Assembly (NCBI GenBank): GCA_965140445.1
Contig: OZ223236.1
Coordinates: 4,448,001 to 4,512,000, forward strand
DNA: 64,000 nt
Source: Candidatus Ozemobacteraceae bacterium
GTDB taxonomy: Bacteria; Muiribacteriota; Ozemobacteria; Ozemobacterales; Ozemobacteraceae
Reading direction: 5' to 3'
The position numbers were made by a program, and so were the translations under genes. The notes beneath the pieces were generated by a model. It was given only the letters and a program-made list of their open reading frames with translations. It made no database searches and was not told the DNA's origin. Below, piece by piece: positions 1 to 9,487 of this stretch. The stretch's first letter is position 1; every line of letters begins with the position of its first letter.

Positions 1-1044
1 TAGAGCAAAATAAACTGCCAGGTGGGCAAGATGAATATGCCCTTCAGGCGGACCGATGTATGCAAAAGCTTGAGAAGCAGACATCGCAAGGGTTAATGCA
101 AACGGATCGGCCATGCCAATATCTTCTGAGGCAAAACGAATCATTCTTCTTAGAATAAACTTACAATCCTCTCCGCCTTCAATCATTCTGTATAACCAGT
201 ATAAGCTGGCATCAGGATCGGAGCCTCGCATGGATTTATGGAGGGCAGAAATAAGGTTATAGTGTTCTTCTCCACCTTTGTCGTATCTTAAGCCTTTAGT
301 CTGAAAGGCCTCTGCAACTAACTGATGTTCAACTACAGGATTTTGAGGATTTTTTTGCCGGGCAACCTCACAACAAGTCTCAAGCATATTCAGTGCAATT
401 CTAGCATCTCCAGCAGCTAAAACAGAGATTGTTGTCAGTGCATCATCCTTTACTTCTATAGCGTTAGGTCTATTTAGCTTTTCATCTTTCTCAAGTGCCC
501 TGATCAGAATTGGGATAATTGCTTCTGTCGTTAGCGATTTTAGAACAAGCAGCTGACATCTTGAAAGCAAAGCTGAAACCACTTCAAAACTAGGATTTTC
601 AGTTGTTGCACCTACAAAAATGACTGTTCCCGATTCTATGTGTGGCAGCAATGCATCTTGCTGAGCCTTGTTAAATCTGTGAATCTCGTCAACGAACAAA
701 AGCGTTTTTCTTGAATTTCTACGTCTCTGGTTTTTGGCTTGTTCAAAAGCAGCCTTCAAATCTTTCACGCCAGAGGTCACTGCAGAGAGCTGAATAAAAT
801 CAGCATCTACTTTTTGGGCAAGAACCCTTGCTAATGTAGTCTTTCCACAACCTGGTGGCCCCCAGAAAATTACTGACCCGCCCTGGCCTGACTCCAGAAG
901 TAATCTTAAAGGTTTACCTTCTTCAAGAATGTGCTCCTGACCAAAAATTTCATCAAGAGAAGACGGCCGCATCCTATCGGCGAGCGGCTGATAGAGATCT
1001 CCACGGCCAAGGTTTCCTTCAGTGAAGCTAAATAGATCATTCAT
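1..1044 (-). CDS. rarA: Replication-associated recombination protein A (RarA/MgsA AAA+ ATPase); 3' end runs off the window
   Basis: Not in the ORF track. Manual translation from ATG at 1044 gives MNDLFSF...QPLADRMRPSSLDEIFGQEH...IFWGPPGCGKTTLA (Walker A)...LFVDEIHRFNKAQQDALLPH...HYNLISALHKSMRGSDPDA. Confidence 0.93.
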   Translation of the reverse strand, partial: MNDLFSFTEGNLGRGDLYQPLADRMRPSSLDEIFGQEHILEEGKPLRLLLESGQGGSVIFWGPPGCGKTTLARVLAQKVDADFIQLSAVTSGVKDLKAAFEQAKNQRRRNSRKTLLFVDEIHRFNKAQQDALLPHIESGTVIFVGATTENPSFEVVSALLSRCQLLVLKSLTTEAIIPILIRALEKDEKLNRPNAIEVKDDALTTISVLAAGDARIALNMLETCCEVARQKNPQNPVVEHQLVAEAFQTKGLRYDKGGEEHYNLISALHKSMRGSDPDASLYWLYRMIEGGEDCKFILRRMIRFASEDIGMADPFALTLAMSASQAFAYIGPPEGHIHLAHLAVYFAL

Positions 1045-1045
1045 T

Positions 1046-1600
1046 TCAGGCGATTAATTCCCCTTCAATTTCTCCCATTGCCTGCAATGACAATTCAATG
1101 AATTCATCCAAAGGTACTCCAATAAGTTCGCATTCCCGAATGTTTTCCCTTGAAACATTTCGAGCGAAAGCTTTTTCTTTCATGCGCTTTTTGATGGACT
1201 TTGGCTTTACCGAGGTAATCTTTTTATCCGGGTAAACCATTGCGCAGGCAACCACCAGACCGGTCATGCTTTCTGAAGATGCCAGGGCATGATCCAGTTC
1301 ACTTTTTCTTTCAAACCCTGTCATTTCGTTATGCGATTTTATTGCATAAAGAAATTCTTCTGAAACACCTTCTTTTTGGAGAATATTTACTGTTTCAATT
1401 GCGTGCTTTTCTGGATCATCACGAGTTTTATCAAAATCGAGATCATGAAGCAAACCGGTAACCTCCCAAGCTTCGCAATCGCGGCCAAGCTTTGTAGCTA
1501 ATGCCTTCATAATTGCACCGCTGGCAATACAATGCTTTCTCAAATTATCAGACTCAAGATGTTCATCAAGCAATTCGATAGCTCTAGCTTTGCCTATCAT
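1046..1600 (-). CDS. HD/HDIG-domain metal-dependent phosphohydrolase
   Basis: Motifs KHC...GLLHDLD...KH...SHN. Likely start is ATG at 1600, preceded by a GGAGGT RBS (the ORF track extends to 1732). Confidence 0.85.
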   Translation of the reverse strand: MIGKARAIELLDEHLESDNLRKHCIASGAIMKALATKLGRDCEAWEVTGLLHDLDFDKTRDDPEKHAIETVNILQKEGVSEEFLYAIKSHNEMTGFERKSELDHALASSESMTGLVVACAMVYPDKKITSVKPKSIKKRMKEKAFARNVSRENIRECELIGVPLDEFIELSLQAMGEIEGELIA

Positions 1601-1613
1601 TTTTACCTCCGTA

Positions 1614-2387
1614 TTAGAAAGAGTTTTCAAACTCCAGGGATTCTTCACTATTTTTAGCCATGACCTCAACAACTTTCCAGCGGTGTCTTCTATGAGCTTT
1701 TGCAACTTCACCTGCCAATTGCTTAAGGCCATTTTTTGTCATTTCATTTTTTGCGTAAACCATAATCTTATTTGATGTTATATAATTGGCTTCTTTAATT
1801 GGCAAATGCGATTTCATCCAGGTTAGGAACTCTTTTTCTGAGAGTAATGTTGTCGCAGAAGCAATATCTAATCCACCGCTCTCGTTTAAAATAAATTCTG
1901 GCGCATGGTTTGTTTTCAAAAAACAGTTTTCACATGGGTCAAGACCAGCAAGTTGTGAAACGTCAATAAGATTTACTTTCTTTTCCGCATCTTTACAAGC
2001 AAGAAAAGGATCATGAAAGCAGGTGTCTCCGTTTTGTGTCCAGGCAATTATTGCTTTATCTTTCTCAGCCTTTTCAGTTTTAATTCTTTCGATTTCTTCC
2101 TGAGAAAAATCGAATTTTTTAATCTCATTTTTCTCCTTTGGAGCTGGTTTTGAGGAATTGCCAATATATGTTCCGGAAAAGACCTGAAAAGGCTTGCCAT
2201 CAGGATCTTTCTTTTTTCCATCAACTGGAAAAATATAAGATTCTGCTTTTTGTGGTTTCTGATTAACTGAAGAAGCTGCTTTCTTTTTCCTGGCAACCTT
2301 GGTTCTTGAAGCCTTTGAATCTAACTGACCAGCAACAACTCCACTTAATATTCCAATAAAAATAAAAGACAGTATAATTTTTTTCAT
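1614..2387 (-). CDS. Secreted hypothetical protein with a Cys/His cluster (Ada metal-binding-like)
   Basis: N-terminal signal peptide; CFHDPFLAC...GLDPCENC motif. Confidence 0.6.
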   Translation of the reverse strand: MKKIILSFIFIGILSGVVAGQLDSKASRTKVARKKKAASSVNQKPQKAESYIFPVDGKKKDPDGKPFQVFSGTYIGNSSKPAPKEKNEIKKFDFSQEEIERIKTEKAEKDKAIIAWTQNGDTCFHDPFLACKDAEKKVNLIDVSQLAGLDPCENCFLKTNHAPEFILNESGGLDIASATTLLSEKEFLTWMKSHLPIKEANYITSNKIMVYAKNEMTKNGLKQLAGEVAKAHRRHRWKVVEVMAKNSEESLEFENSF

Positions 2388-2491
2388 AAAACTCTCCGAG
2401 TCTTAGTTTAATCAAAGTTTAAAACAAAATAAACCTGTTTTTCCTTTTAATTCTCGACATAAAAGAAAGTGTAAAGTAAACTGTAGCGCTT

Positions 2492-3772
2492 ATGAGTGAA
2501 ATCGAAAAGATAAAGTACTTCCCTGAAGCTGAAAAAAACTGGCCAACAAAACTTTTAATGGCCGGTCTTATTATTTTTGCAATAGCATGTAATTTTTCTA
2601 TTTCCTTAAGTCAAATAGGACTTGGGCTTGCTCTGATTGGTACAATTGTTCTGTTAAAAAACAAAGAGTACACAACCAGACCTACTCCAATTGATCTTTC
2701 GTTTGCCTGCTTTGCCTTTGCAGGCTTTTTATCTTTGTTTAATGCGGCTGAAACCTTGAAAGCAATTATTGAGATGAAAAAATTCTTAATAATTTTTGTG
2801 TTCTATATAACTTTCTGGATACCGTATTCAGAAGCTTTTCAAAAAAAAATACTTGGAATCTACCTATCCTTTGCAACTATTATTTCTGCAGCAGGAATTG
2901 CAAAGCTATATCTCGTCGACGTTAATCTTGATAGAGCATACGGATTCTTTTCTTTACCAATTACCTTTGGTGAGTGTCAGGCCATGGCGCTCCTCCTGGC
3001 AATTTCATGGCTATGTACTCCCAATAAAAGCAAAAATGAAACAGCGGGAATCCTACTGAGTATAACCTTGATTCTTTCGGCATTAATTCTTTCATTTACA
3101 CGAGGAGCCTGGCTTGGATTTGGCTTTGGTTTTCTAACCCTTTTAGTAAGATTTCCACGAAAGCTTCTTATGATTGCTGTTTTTATTGGCATTTTTGTTG
3201 GACTGCTTGCCGCAAATGACAGTCAGGTCAGAGAGCGTTTTCAGAGCATGAGCATAAAGAAAAATTTACAAACCTTTCAAAGAAGAGTTGATGCAAAATA
3301 TGAAACAGATGGCTTTGAATCTAATTTTCGTCGTTTAAGAAACTGGCAAATAGGTTTCGATATTTTTAATTCAATGCCTGTTTTTGGTGCGGGAATGAAC
3401 AACGTAAAGTATTGGTATAAAAAACGTGCCACAGAATTTGAAAGAAACAACTCTTTCATTTTTGGACATCAGCACAACAATTTCATGCAATTAATGGTTA
3501 TGACCGGCCTACTGGGTCTAACCTGTTTTTTCTGGTTTCTACTCAGTCTGGCTAGATTATTAATTGCAGCACCCAATTACATTGAATCCGATTGGCAAAA
3601 AAACATTTCAAAGGGCGCAATCGCTGTTCTTTTTTGCTTTATAGCAACAGGCCTAACAGAGTATAGCTGGGGTGACGAAGAAGTTGCCATGTTAGCATTT
3701 TTTCTAATGGGTATAATGATTAACCCCGCCAGATTCAATATTCAAAAGCAGCAACAGGTTCCGGCTTCTTAA
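2492..3772 (+). CDS. O-antigen ligase (WaaL/Wzy_C) family membrane protein
   Basis: Many TM segments; SFTRGAWLG, R..W..G...F...P.FG.G and HQHNNFMQL motifs. Confidence 0.85.
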   Translation: MSEIEKIKYFPEAEKNWPTKLLMAGLIIFAIACNFSISLSQIGLGLALIGTIVLLKNKEYTTRPTPIDLSFACFAFAGFLSLFNAAETLKAIIEMKKFLIIFVFYITFWIPYSEAFQKKILGIYLSFATIISAAGIAKLYLVDVNLDRAYGFFSLPITFGECQAMALLLAISWLCTPNKSKNETAGILLSITLILSALILSFTRGAWLGFGFGFLTLLVRFPRKLLMIAVFIGIFVGLLAANDSQVRERFQSMSIKKNLQTFQRRVDAKYETDGFESNFRRLRNWQIGFDIFNSMPVFGAGMNNVKYWYKKRATEFERNNSFIFGHQHNNFMQLMVMTGLLGLTCFFWFLLSLARLLIAAPNYIESDWQKNISKGAIAVLFCFIATGLTEYSWGDEEVAMLAFFLMGIMINPARFNIQKQQQVPAS

Positions 3773-4316
3773 GAAGGCCCCAAAAAGCGCAGACACAAAT
3801 TGGTATTCCACCAAAGAAAAGAAGACCATTCATTACTACAGAGCGATATGCTTCAATCGTAAAAGGTGGGAAAACATTTTGTAAAGCCACCGACATAAGT
3901 CCGTAAAAGCATATTGTCCACCAGATACCCTGCCTGAAAGTATTATTTGCCCAGCCACCAGGAAAAAGATCTTTTTTGGATATAGTATCAATCAAAGAAA
4001 CCGCAAAACAGATAATAAACAGAATCAGAAAACGATCTTTTCCCAAGCCGCATTCAAGAGCAGCATAATCATACCGCATACAAAAAGAACTCATGCTGAT
4101 AGCCCAAAAATATGGCAGGCAAACCAAAAGTTCGTCAGGCACAAAAGATAGACGTTCGCCTTTTTTAAACCTGAAAAACACAACAGCACCAATAACTCCT
4201 AGTTGAAGAATACAGCTGTATGAAACAGATCCTAAATCATATAAGCTTGTCAGAAAATAGGCAAAAAGATATACCCTTGAAAACCATTTTGCGATACCGC
4301 TAAAGTAATGACCCAT
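3735..4316 (-). CDS. Hypothetical integral membrane protein
   Basis: 193-aa hydrophobic ORF directly downstream of the GT4 gene; its 3' end overlaps the convergent ligase gene. Confidence 0.55.
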   Translation of the reverse strand: MGHYFSGIAKWFSRVYLFAYFLTSLYDLGSVSYSCILQLGVIGAVVFFRFKKGERLSFVPDELLVCLPYFWAISMSSFCMRYDYAALECGLGKDRFLILFIICFAVSLIDTISKKDLFPGGWANNTFRQGIWWTICFYGLMSVALQNVFPPFTIEAYRSVVMNGLLFFGGIPICVCAFWGLLKKPEPVAAFEY

Positions 4317-4317
4317 A

Positions 4318-5532
4318 TTATCTTTCCCCGAGAGAGTTAGGTGCAGAGTTTTTTAGTAACCCACGAGAATTTAATAGCGTTTTATAGCACTTATCCATAT
4401 TATTAGCCAGTCGTTTTACAGAATACCTTGAACAAATTTCATCGCGCAAATTGGGATCAGGATCCATTCTTAAACGGCTTGCCTCAATTGCTTCGCAAAG
4501 ACTATCGGCAAATTTATCATTATCAGTAGGAATAATATTCCCATAAGCACCGCCATTTAAAAGATCAATAACGCCCCCAACTGAAGTTGCTGCGACAGGA
4601 CATCCAGCGGCAAGAGCCTCTATTAGAACAACAGGTGTCCCTTCATTTTTTGAAAGTAAAACAAGCAGATCCAAATCGGAGTAAACCTCTTCAATATCCT
4701 TTCTTATTCCAAGCATTGAAACATTTTGCTCAAGATTTAAACTCTCAATTTTACCTTCAATTTCCTGCCTCATTTCACCATCACCAACAATAATCAGGTG
4801 AGCATCAGGCTTTCTTTCCAAGACTTTTCCAAAAACTTCTATTAAACGCAAATGGTTTTTAACTGGCACCAATCTAGCTACAATTCCAATTAAAAAAGCA
4901 TCTGGACTGATGCCAAGAGATTTTCTTATATTTCCCTTTTTACGTTCAAATCTCCTGAATTTTTCTAACTCAAGTCCAAGCGGGATGACTGCTATTTTAT
5001 CTTTTGAAATGGGTGAAAGTCGCTCAGCGATTTCTTTCTTTAGATCGGGGGATAGAGTCACAATCTTATCAGTAAAGCGCGCCAGAAGTCTCTCCAAACA
5101 AGCAATAGCACTTGATACTTTTTCTGAAAAATAGCCAGAAAAAATATGACCATGAAAAGTATGTAAAATTACAGGAACTCCACAGAATACAGCCGCAAGC
5201 CTTCCGAGAATACCAACTTTGGTTGTGTGTGTGTGCACAATGTCTGGTTTATATTTTATTACCAGCCTGACAATTCCCAAAAAAGCCTTAAAGTCGTTGA
5301 ATAAGGAAATTCTCCCCGTCAACCCCTTTACAACTTCAACCCTGATTCCATTATTAATTGCCTGATCTATCATACTTCCTTCAACACTCTGGGGATTTCC
5401 AACAGCCAGAACTGTTTCATACCCCATTCCAGCCATGCCCTTACAAAGGTTTATGACATGAAAAGAAGGACCGCCAACATTTATCCTGCTTAGCAATCTT
5501 AAAACTCTGATTTTTCTTTTACCTGTTTCCAA
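4318..5532 (-). CDS. GT4-family glycosyltransferase
   Basis: NVGGP, PDIVHTHT, HTFHGH, VARLVPVKN and SKNEGTPVVLIEALAAG (EX7E) motifs; TTG start. Confidence 0.9.
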   Translation of the reverse strand: METGKRKIRVLRLLSRINVGGPSFHVINLCKGMAGMGYETVLAVGNPQSVEGSMIDQAINNGIRVEVVKGLTGRISLFNDFKAFLGIVRLVIKYKPDIVHTHTTKVGILGRLAAVFCGVPVILHTFHGHIFSGYFSEKVSSAIACLERLLARFTDKIVTLSPDLKKEIAERLSPISKDKIAVIPLGLELEKFRRFERKKGNIRKSLGISPDAFLIGIVARLVPVKNHLRLIEVFGKVLERKPDAHLIIVGDGEMRQEIEGKIESLNLEQNVSMLGIRKDIEEVYSDLDLLVLLSKNEGTPVVLIEALAAGCPVAATSVGGVIDLLNGGAYGNIIPTDNDKFADSLCEAIEASRLRMDPDPNLRDEICSRYSVKRLANNMDKCYKTLLNSRGLLKNSAPNSLGER

Positions 5533-5728
5533 TTTGCAAACTCGCGAGTTATTTGAGGCTCAATACTTACATATCATGCCCTATTTTTTCAAGTTTAGTC
5601 TATGTAAACAGGAAAAACTCCAGCGGTAATTTTTTATAAATGATTTTTCTCTGTATACTTGTTTCATTTAAGAGAATTGATGTAGTCTAATTAGAGATAA
5701 AATGGCATTTTCTTCAGGAGGCAAATCC

Positions 5729-7405
5729 ATGCGTCGAAAGGCAATATATGGAAACAGAGGATTTCAGAAAATTACAGATCATTTTTATTCGGAACTTTTA
5801 AGCCGAAACCCGGTCACAGCAACCTGGTTAGGGGAGCATCAATTTGATAGTCTTCTTCCAGAAGTCGGAGCTGAAGCAATCGAGAAAGAAATTTCTTTTT
5901 TGCGAAAAATGAAGGATTCCTATAGTTCTCTTCCAGAAAGTGACTTATCAATAGATGAGCGCATTGACAGAGAGATTGCAATAAACTTTGCAAGTATTCA
6001 CCTGTTTTTAAATGAAGATTTGCAGCGCTGGAAGCTTGGCAAAGATTTGGCAATGCACATTGGCGATTCTATTTTTCTATTGTTTGTAAGAGACTTTGCC
6101 CCCCTTCATCAGCGCGTAGAGGCAATGATTTCAAGATTGGAATCGGTGCCAATGTTTTTAGCCAGCGGGAAAACTCTTTTCCAAAAAGTCCCAGCTTTAT
6201 GGGGAGAAATTTATCTGGATTCGGCAAGGAATCTTCCTGCATTGCTTGATACAATTGAGACAAGCATATCGAATCAGGTGCCAGGATTTCTTTTGAACAA
6301 CTTTAGTAAAGCATGTATTACAGCAAAAAAAGCATTGGTTGATTTTACAAACTGGTTTAAGAATGCGATTATGCCTAAAGCAGAACATGACTGGGCTATG
6401 GGAGAAGGAGCATTTCAAACTCTGATGCAATTGAGAAATCTTGGATTATCAACCTCAGAGATGCTTGATATTGGCAAAACCAGTTTAAGAAAAAGCTCTG
6501 ACCGAATTGATCTTTTAAGCAGAAAAATACTTGGAACTTCTTCAAGTTGTGATAAACGCTCAGTAAATGAAGTCCATAACAGAATAAAAGCCAATTGCCC
6601 GCAAACTTTTGAGCAAGCCCTTGAAGCGTATAAAGACTCCGTCCGAAGGAGCAAAGCTTTTGTGGAACTTAACCAGTTTGCAACTCTTCCAGAAAATGAA
6701 GATTTGGAAATAATGGAAACCCCAGATTTTATGGCACATGTAATTCCATTTGCAGCATACATGGGACCAGAAAAGTCAGCAAAGTTTCAAAAAGGAACCT
6801 ACCTTGTTACAAGAAACAAAAATAAAATTGAGCTGGGGAGATTTAATTACTCAGATATTTCCAACACATCCATCCATGAGGGCTATCCAGGACACCACCT
6901 TCAGCTCACTGGTCAGAACTTGCATCCCAGCAAACTCAGGATTTTTTCCGAAAGTACAGAATTAATTGAAGGCTGGGCACATTATTGTGAAGAAGCTATT
7001 ATGGAAAGAGGCTTTGAATCAACTAATGAAAATTACTTCATTCAGGCTAACGATGAAGTATTTAGGGCAGCTCGAATTCTAATAGATATAAACCTTCATG
7101 GAAAAAAATGGAGCTTTGATAAAGCCCTAAGCTTTTTGATGGAACAAACCAATATGGATAAGCCATCAGCAATAGCTGAAATGAAAAGATACACTCAAAC
7201 CCCTGGCTATCAGGTCTCCTACTTGACGGGTAAGCACTTAATCAAAGAAATGAAAGAAAAGTTAAAAAATAGATTCAAAAGTGACTTAAACGACAGAGAT
7301 TTTCATGATTTACTAATTTATGAAGGAAGTCTTCCGATTTTCCTGGGAAAAAAATACTACCCGGAAATACTTTTAGAAAGGTTTAAAGAAGAATCTAAAA
7401 TTTAA
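5729..7405 (+). CDS. DUF885-family protein (putative metallopeptidase)
   Basis: NPVTATWLG, HEGYPGHHLQ, IEGWAHYCE and RYTQTPGY..SY..G motifs. ATG at 5729 follows GGAGG. Confidence 0.85.
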   Translation: MRRKAIYGNRGFQKITDHFYSELLSRNPVTATWLGEHQFDSLLPEVGAEAIEKEISFLRKMKDSYSSLPESDLSIDERIDREIAINFASIHLFLNEDLQRWKLGKDLAMHIGDSIFLLFVRDFAPLHQRVEAMISRLESVPMFLASGKTLFQKVPALWGEIYLDSARNLPALLDTIETSISNQVPGFLLNNFSKACITAKKALVDFTNWFKNAIMPKAEHDWAMGEGAFQTLMQLRNLGLSTSEMLDIGKTSLRKSSDRIDLLSRKILGTSSSCDKRSVNEVHNRIKANCPQTFEQALEAYKDSVRRSKAFVELNQFATLPENEDLEIMETPDFMAHVIPFAAYMGPEKSAKFQKGTYLVTRNKNKIELGRFNYSDISNTSIHEGYPGHHLQLTGQNLHPSKLRIFSESTELIEGWAHYCEEAIMERGFESTNENYFIQANDEVFRAARILIDINLHGKKWSFDKALSFLMEQTNMDKPSAIAEMKRYTQTPGYQVSYLTGKHLIKEMKEKLKNRFKSDLNDRDFHDLLIYEGSLPIFLGKKYYPEILLERFKEESKI

Positions 7406-7410
7406 AAACT

Positions 7411-7914
7411 ATGGCATTTGACAAACAACTATTTATACCAAATAAACGCGACTACATAACCGGAAAAAAGAGACCCACAGTAGATTGTATTATTTGCTCT
7501 ATTATAAAAAAAGAGCCTGAAGTAACAAATCTACTGGTTTGGAAAAATGATTTTGTAGCAGTTTGTGCGAATCTTTACCCCTACAATGCCGGACACCTTC
7601 TAATTTTTCCAACAAGACACATAGAAGATCCTCGAGAACGAACAGAAAATGAAATTCTTCAAATGAGTAAACTTCTCCAACATTCAATGGATGTCCTGGA
7701 AAAAATTTACGAGCCATCCGGCTTTAACATTGGCTTCAACGTTGGGGAAGCTTCCGGCGCCAGCATTCCTCATTTACACAAACATCTTGTCCCAAGATAC
7801 TCACGTGAGCTTGGGTTTGTAGATATCACCGCCGGAGCAAAAATCATTATCGAAGACCCTAACCACACTCTTGAAAAGCTGAGAAAAGAGTTTGAAGGTT
7901 ATGAAATCAAATAA
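7411..7914 (+). CDS. HIT-family nucleotide hydrolase/transferase (Ap4A phosphorylase-like)
   Basis: CIIC, NLYPYNAGHLL and GFNIGFNVG..SGASIPHLHKHLVPR histidine triad. Confidence 0.88.
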   Translation: MAFDKQLFIPNKRDYITGKKRPTVDCIICSIIKKEPEVTNLLVWKNDFVAVCANLYPYNAGHLLIFPTRHIEDPRERTENEILQMSKLLQHSMDVLEKIYEPSGFNIGFNVGEASGASIPHLHKHLVPRYSRELGFVDITAGAKIIIEDPNHTLEKLRKEFEGYEIK

Positions 7915-7942
7915 TGAAACTCACTTCAAGAATAAAAATATA

Positions 7943-7951
7943 TGTTATAAT
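7943..7951 (+). promoter_or_regulatory. Putative extended -10 promoter element
   Basis: TGTTATAAT (TGnTATAAT) about 33 nt upstream of the ATG at 7984. Confidence 0.45.
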
Positions 7952-7983
7952 CTCTTTTCAAAGGATTTAAAGGAGCGAAATCT

Positions 7984-8661
7984 ATGAAGTCCAAGCTACT
8001 CAAAACTGGATTCCTTGCACTGGCAGCATTTTGTGGAACCAGTATGATCTCTTTTGCAGACACCTGTGATGATTTGAAATTTCTGGGATATTCCAAAAAT
8101 ATCACTGATGAAATTTCTCAAACTTTAAAAGAAACTGGAATAGCAGAACCAGATGTAAAAATTCTCTCAGAAAACGATGATCGCGCTTTAACAGAAGTAG
8201 AAGCAGTTCACGAGCAACTTTTTGAGCTTGGAGTAACTCGCGGACTCTCAGCTCAATCAGCCGATCAGTCTGAAAGATTGCAACAGGAACTAAACACTTT
8301 CTGGGATGAAGTTGAAACAACAAAGTCACCTGAAAAGGTTTCAGCAGCAGTTAAGCAACAGATTTACAATAACATTCTCACCGATCTAAACAAAGCTGGA
8401 TACAATGTTTTGCGACTTGAGATTTTAGATCTCCCGGAAGGCAATTCTGACAACCAGATTAGAGCTATTGTAAGAGCGGTTAAACCCTTAAGGACTAAGA
8501 AAAGTTACCTTGAGATCCAAAAAAACCTGTCGGAAATGAAAAAAATCTGTGTTAACTCGGCTACAATCGGCGGAATGCCATATTTATCAGAACTAACTTC
8601 ATTTGTAGCAGAAAATCCCAGGAATAAATATTATTACGAAAAAACAATCTTAAACTACTAG
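7984..8661 (+). CDS. Secreted hypothetical protein
   Basis: Signal peptide; AAGGAG RBS. Confidence 0.7.
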   Translation: MKSKLLKTGFLALAAFCGTSMISFADTCDDLKFLGYSKNITDEISQTLKETGIAEPDVKILSENDDRALTEVEAVHEQLFELGVTRGLSAQSADQSERLQQELNTFWDEVETTKSPEKVSAAVKQQIYNNILTDLNKAGYNVLRLEILDLPEGNSDNQIRAIVRAVKPLRTKKSYLEIQKNLSEMKKICVNSATIGGMPYLSELTSFVAENPRNKYYYEKTILNY

Positions 8662-8671
8662 GGTTTAACTA

Positions 8672-9085
8672 ATGAGTATTCTTGCATCTACAAGGAATTC
8701 TACTAGAATCATGGTTTATGCCATGGTTTGCACTTTGGTTATTTCCTTTGGGTGTATAGGCGCGTTACTTGCATCAGTTATGGGAGCTCAATATGCTTTG
8801 ATAGGCCTATTTTTAGGCTCTGCACTTGGTGCTTTTATATCGGTATATGAAGCCACAATTATTGGATGCATGTCGGGAATGCTAGTTGGTTTGATTTCGT
8901 CCCCTCTGGTATTTTACTTTCTTGACTTTGAAACCGCCTATCTAGTTATATTTGTTTTCTCTTTATTAGGTGCGTTTCTGGGCGAACCATTAGCTTATTT
9001 CTGGCGGGAAGCGAATCAATTAGAAGAAGAAACCACAGATTTCCCGGCTTTGGAAAACAAAGACTCCGAGGAGATTGTTGAGTGA
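8672..9085 (+). CDS. Small Gly-rich membrane protein
   Basis: About four hydrophobic helices and an acidic tail; operonic spacing. Confidence 0.65.
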   Translation: MSILASTRNSTRIMVYAMVCTLVISFGCIGALLASVMGAQYALIGLFLGSALGAFISVYEATIIGCMSGMLVGLISSPLVFYFLDFETAYLVIFVFSLLGAFLGEPLAYFWREANQLEEETTDFPALENKDSEEIVE

Positions 9086-9483
9086 GCATTATAAGACTGA
9101 TAATGGTTGAAAAAGAATCAGCAGTTTCCGGTCAGATACCATCTTCATCAATTCCTTCCATTTTCTGGGCAATATCCAACGGCGCTTCAAAGCTTCCGGC
9201 GTTCTGGAAAAAAGTTAAAGAAATTGATTCTGGCCTGGAAGATCACTTTAAAACAAATCAAGACCAGACGCCGAATCTTGAAGGAGCTGGCGATGGTTTA
9301 TTGGTTATAAGCTGGGATCATAAATGTATTGAATCCTTTCAATCCTATACGCCCGCCAGGCATTTTGGAACCGTAGTCCCACACAACGGCGAACACAGAA
9401 TAGCAGAAGAAGAACCCCGGGAATTTCAAATTGATGATTCCTGGAGCATTATAGATCATCATTTTGAGGAGAGCAGGCACTAA
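9082..9483 (+). CDS. Hypothetical protein
   Basis: GTGA start/stop overlap with the upstream gene, GAGGAG RBS. Confidence 0.65.
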   Translation: MSIIRLIMVEKESAVSGQIPSSSIPSIFWAISNGASKLPAFWKKVKEIDSGLEDHFKTNQDQTPNLEGAGDGLLVISWDHKCIESFQSYTPARHFGTVVPHNGEHRIAEEEPREFQIDDSWSIIDHHFEESRH

Positions 9484-9487
9484 TCAG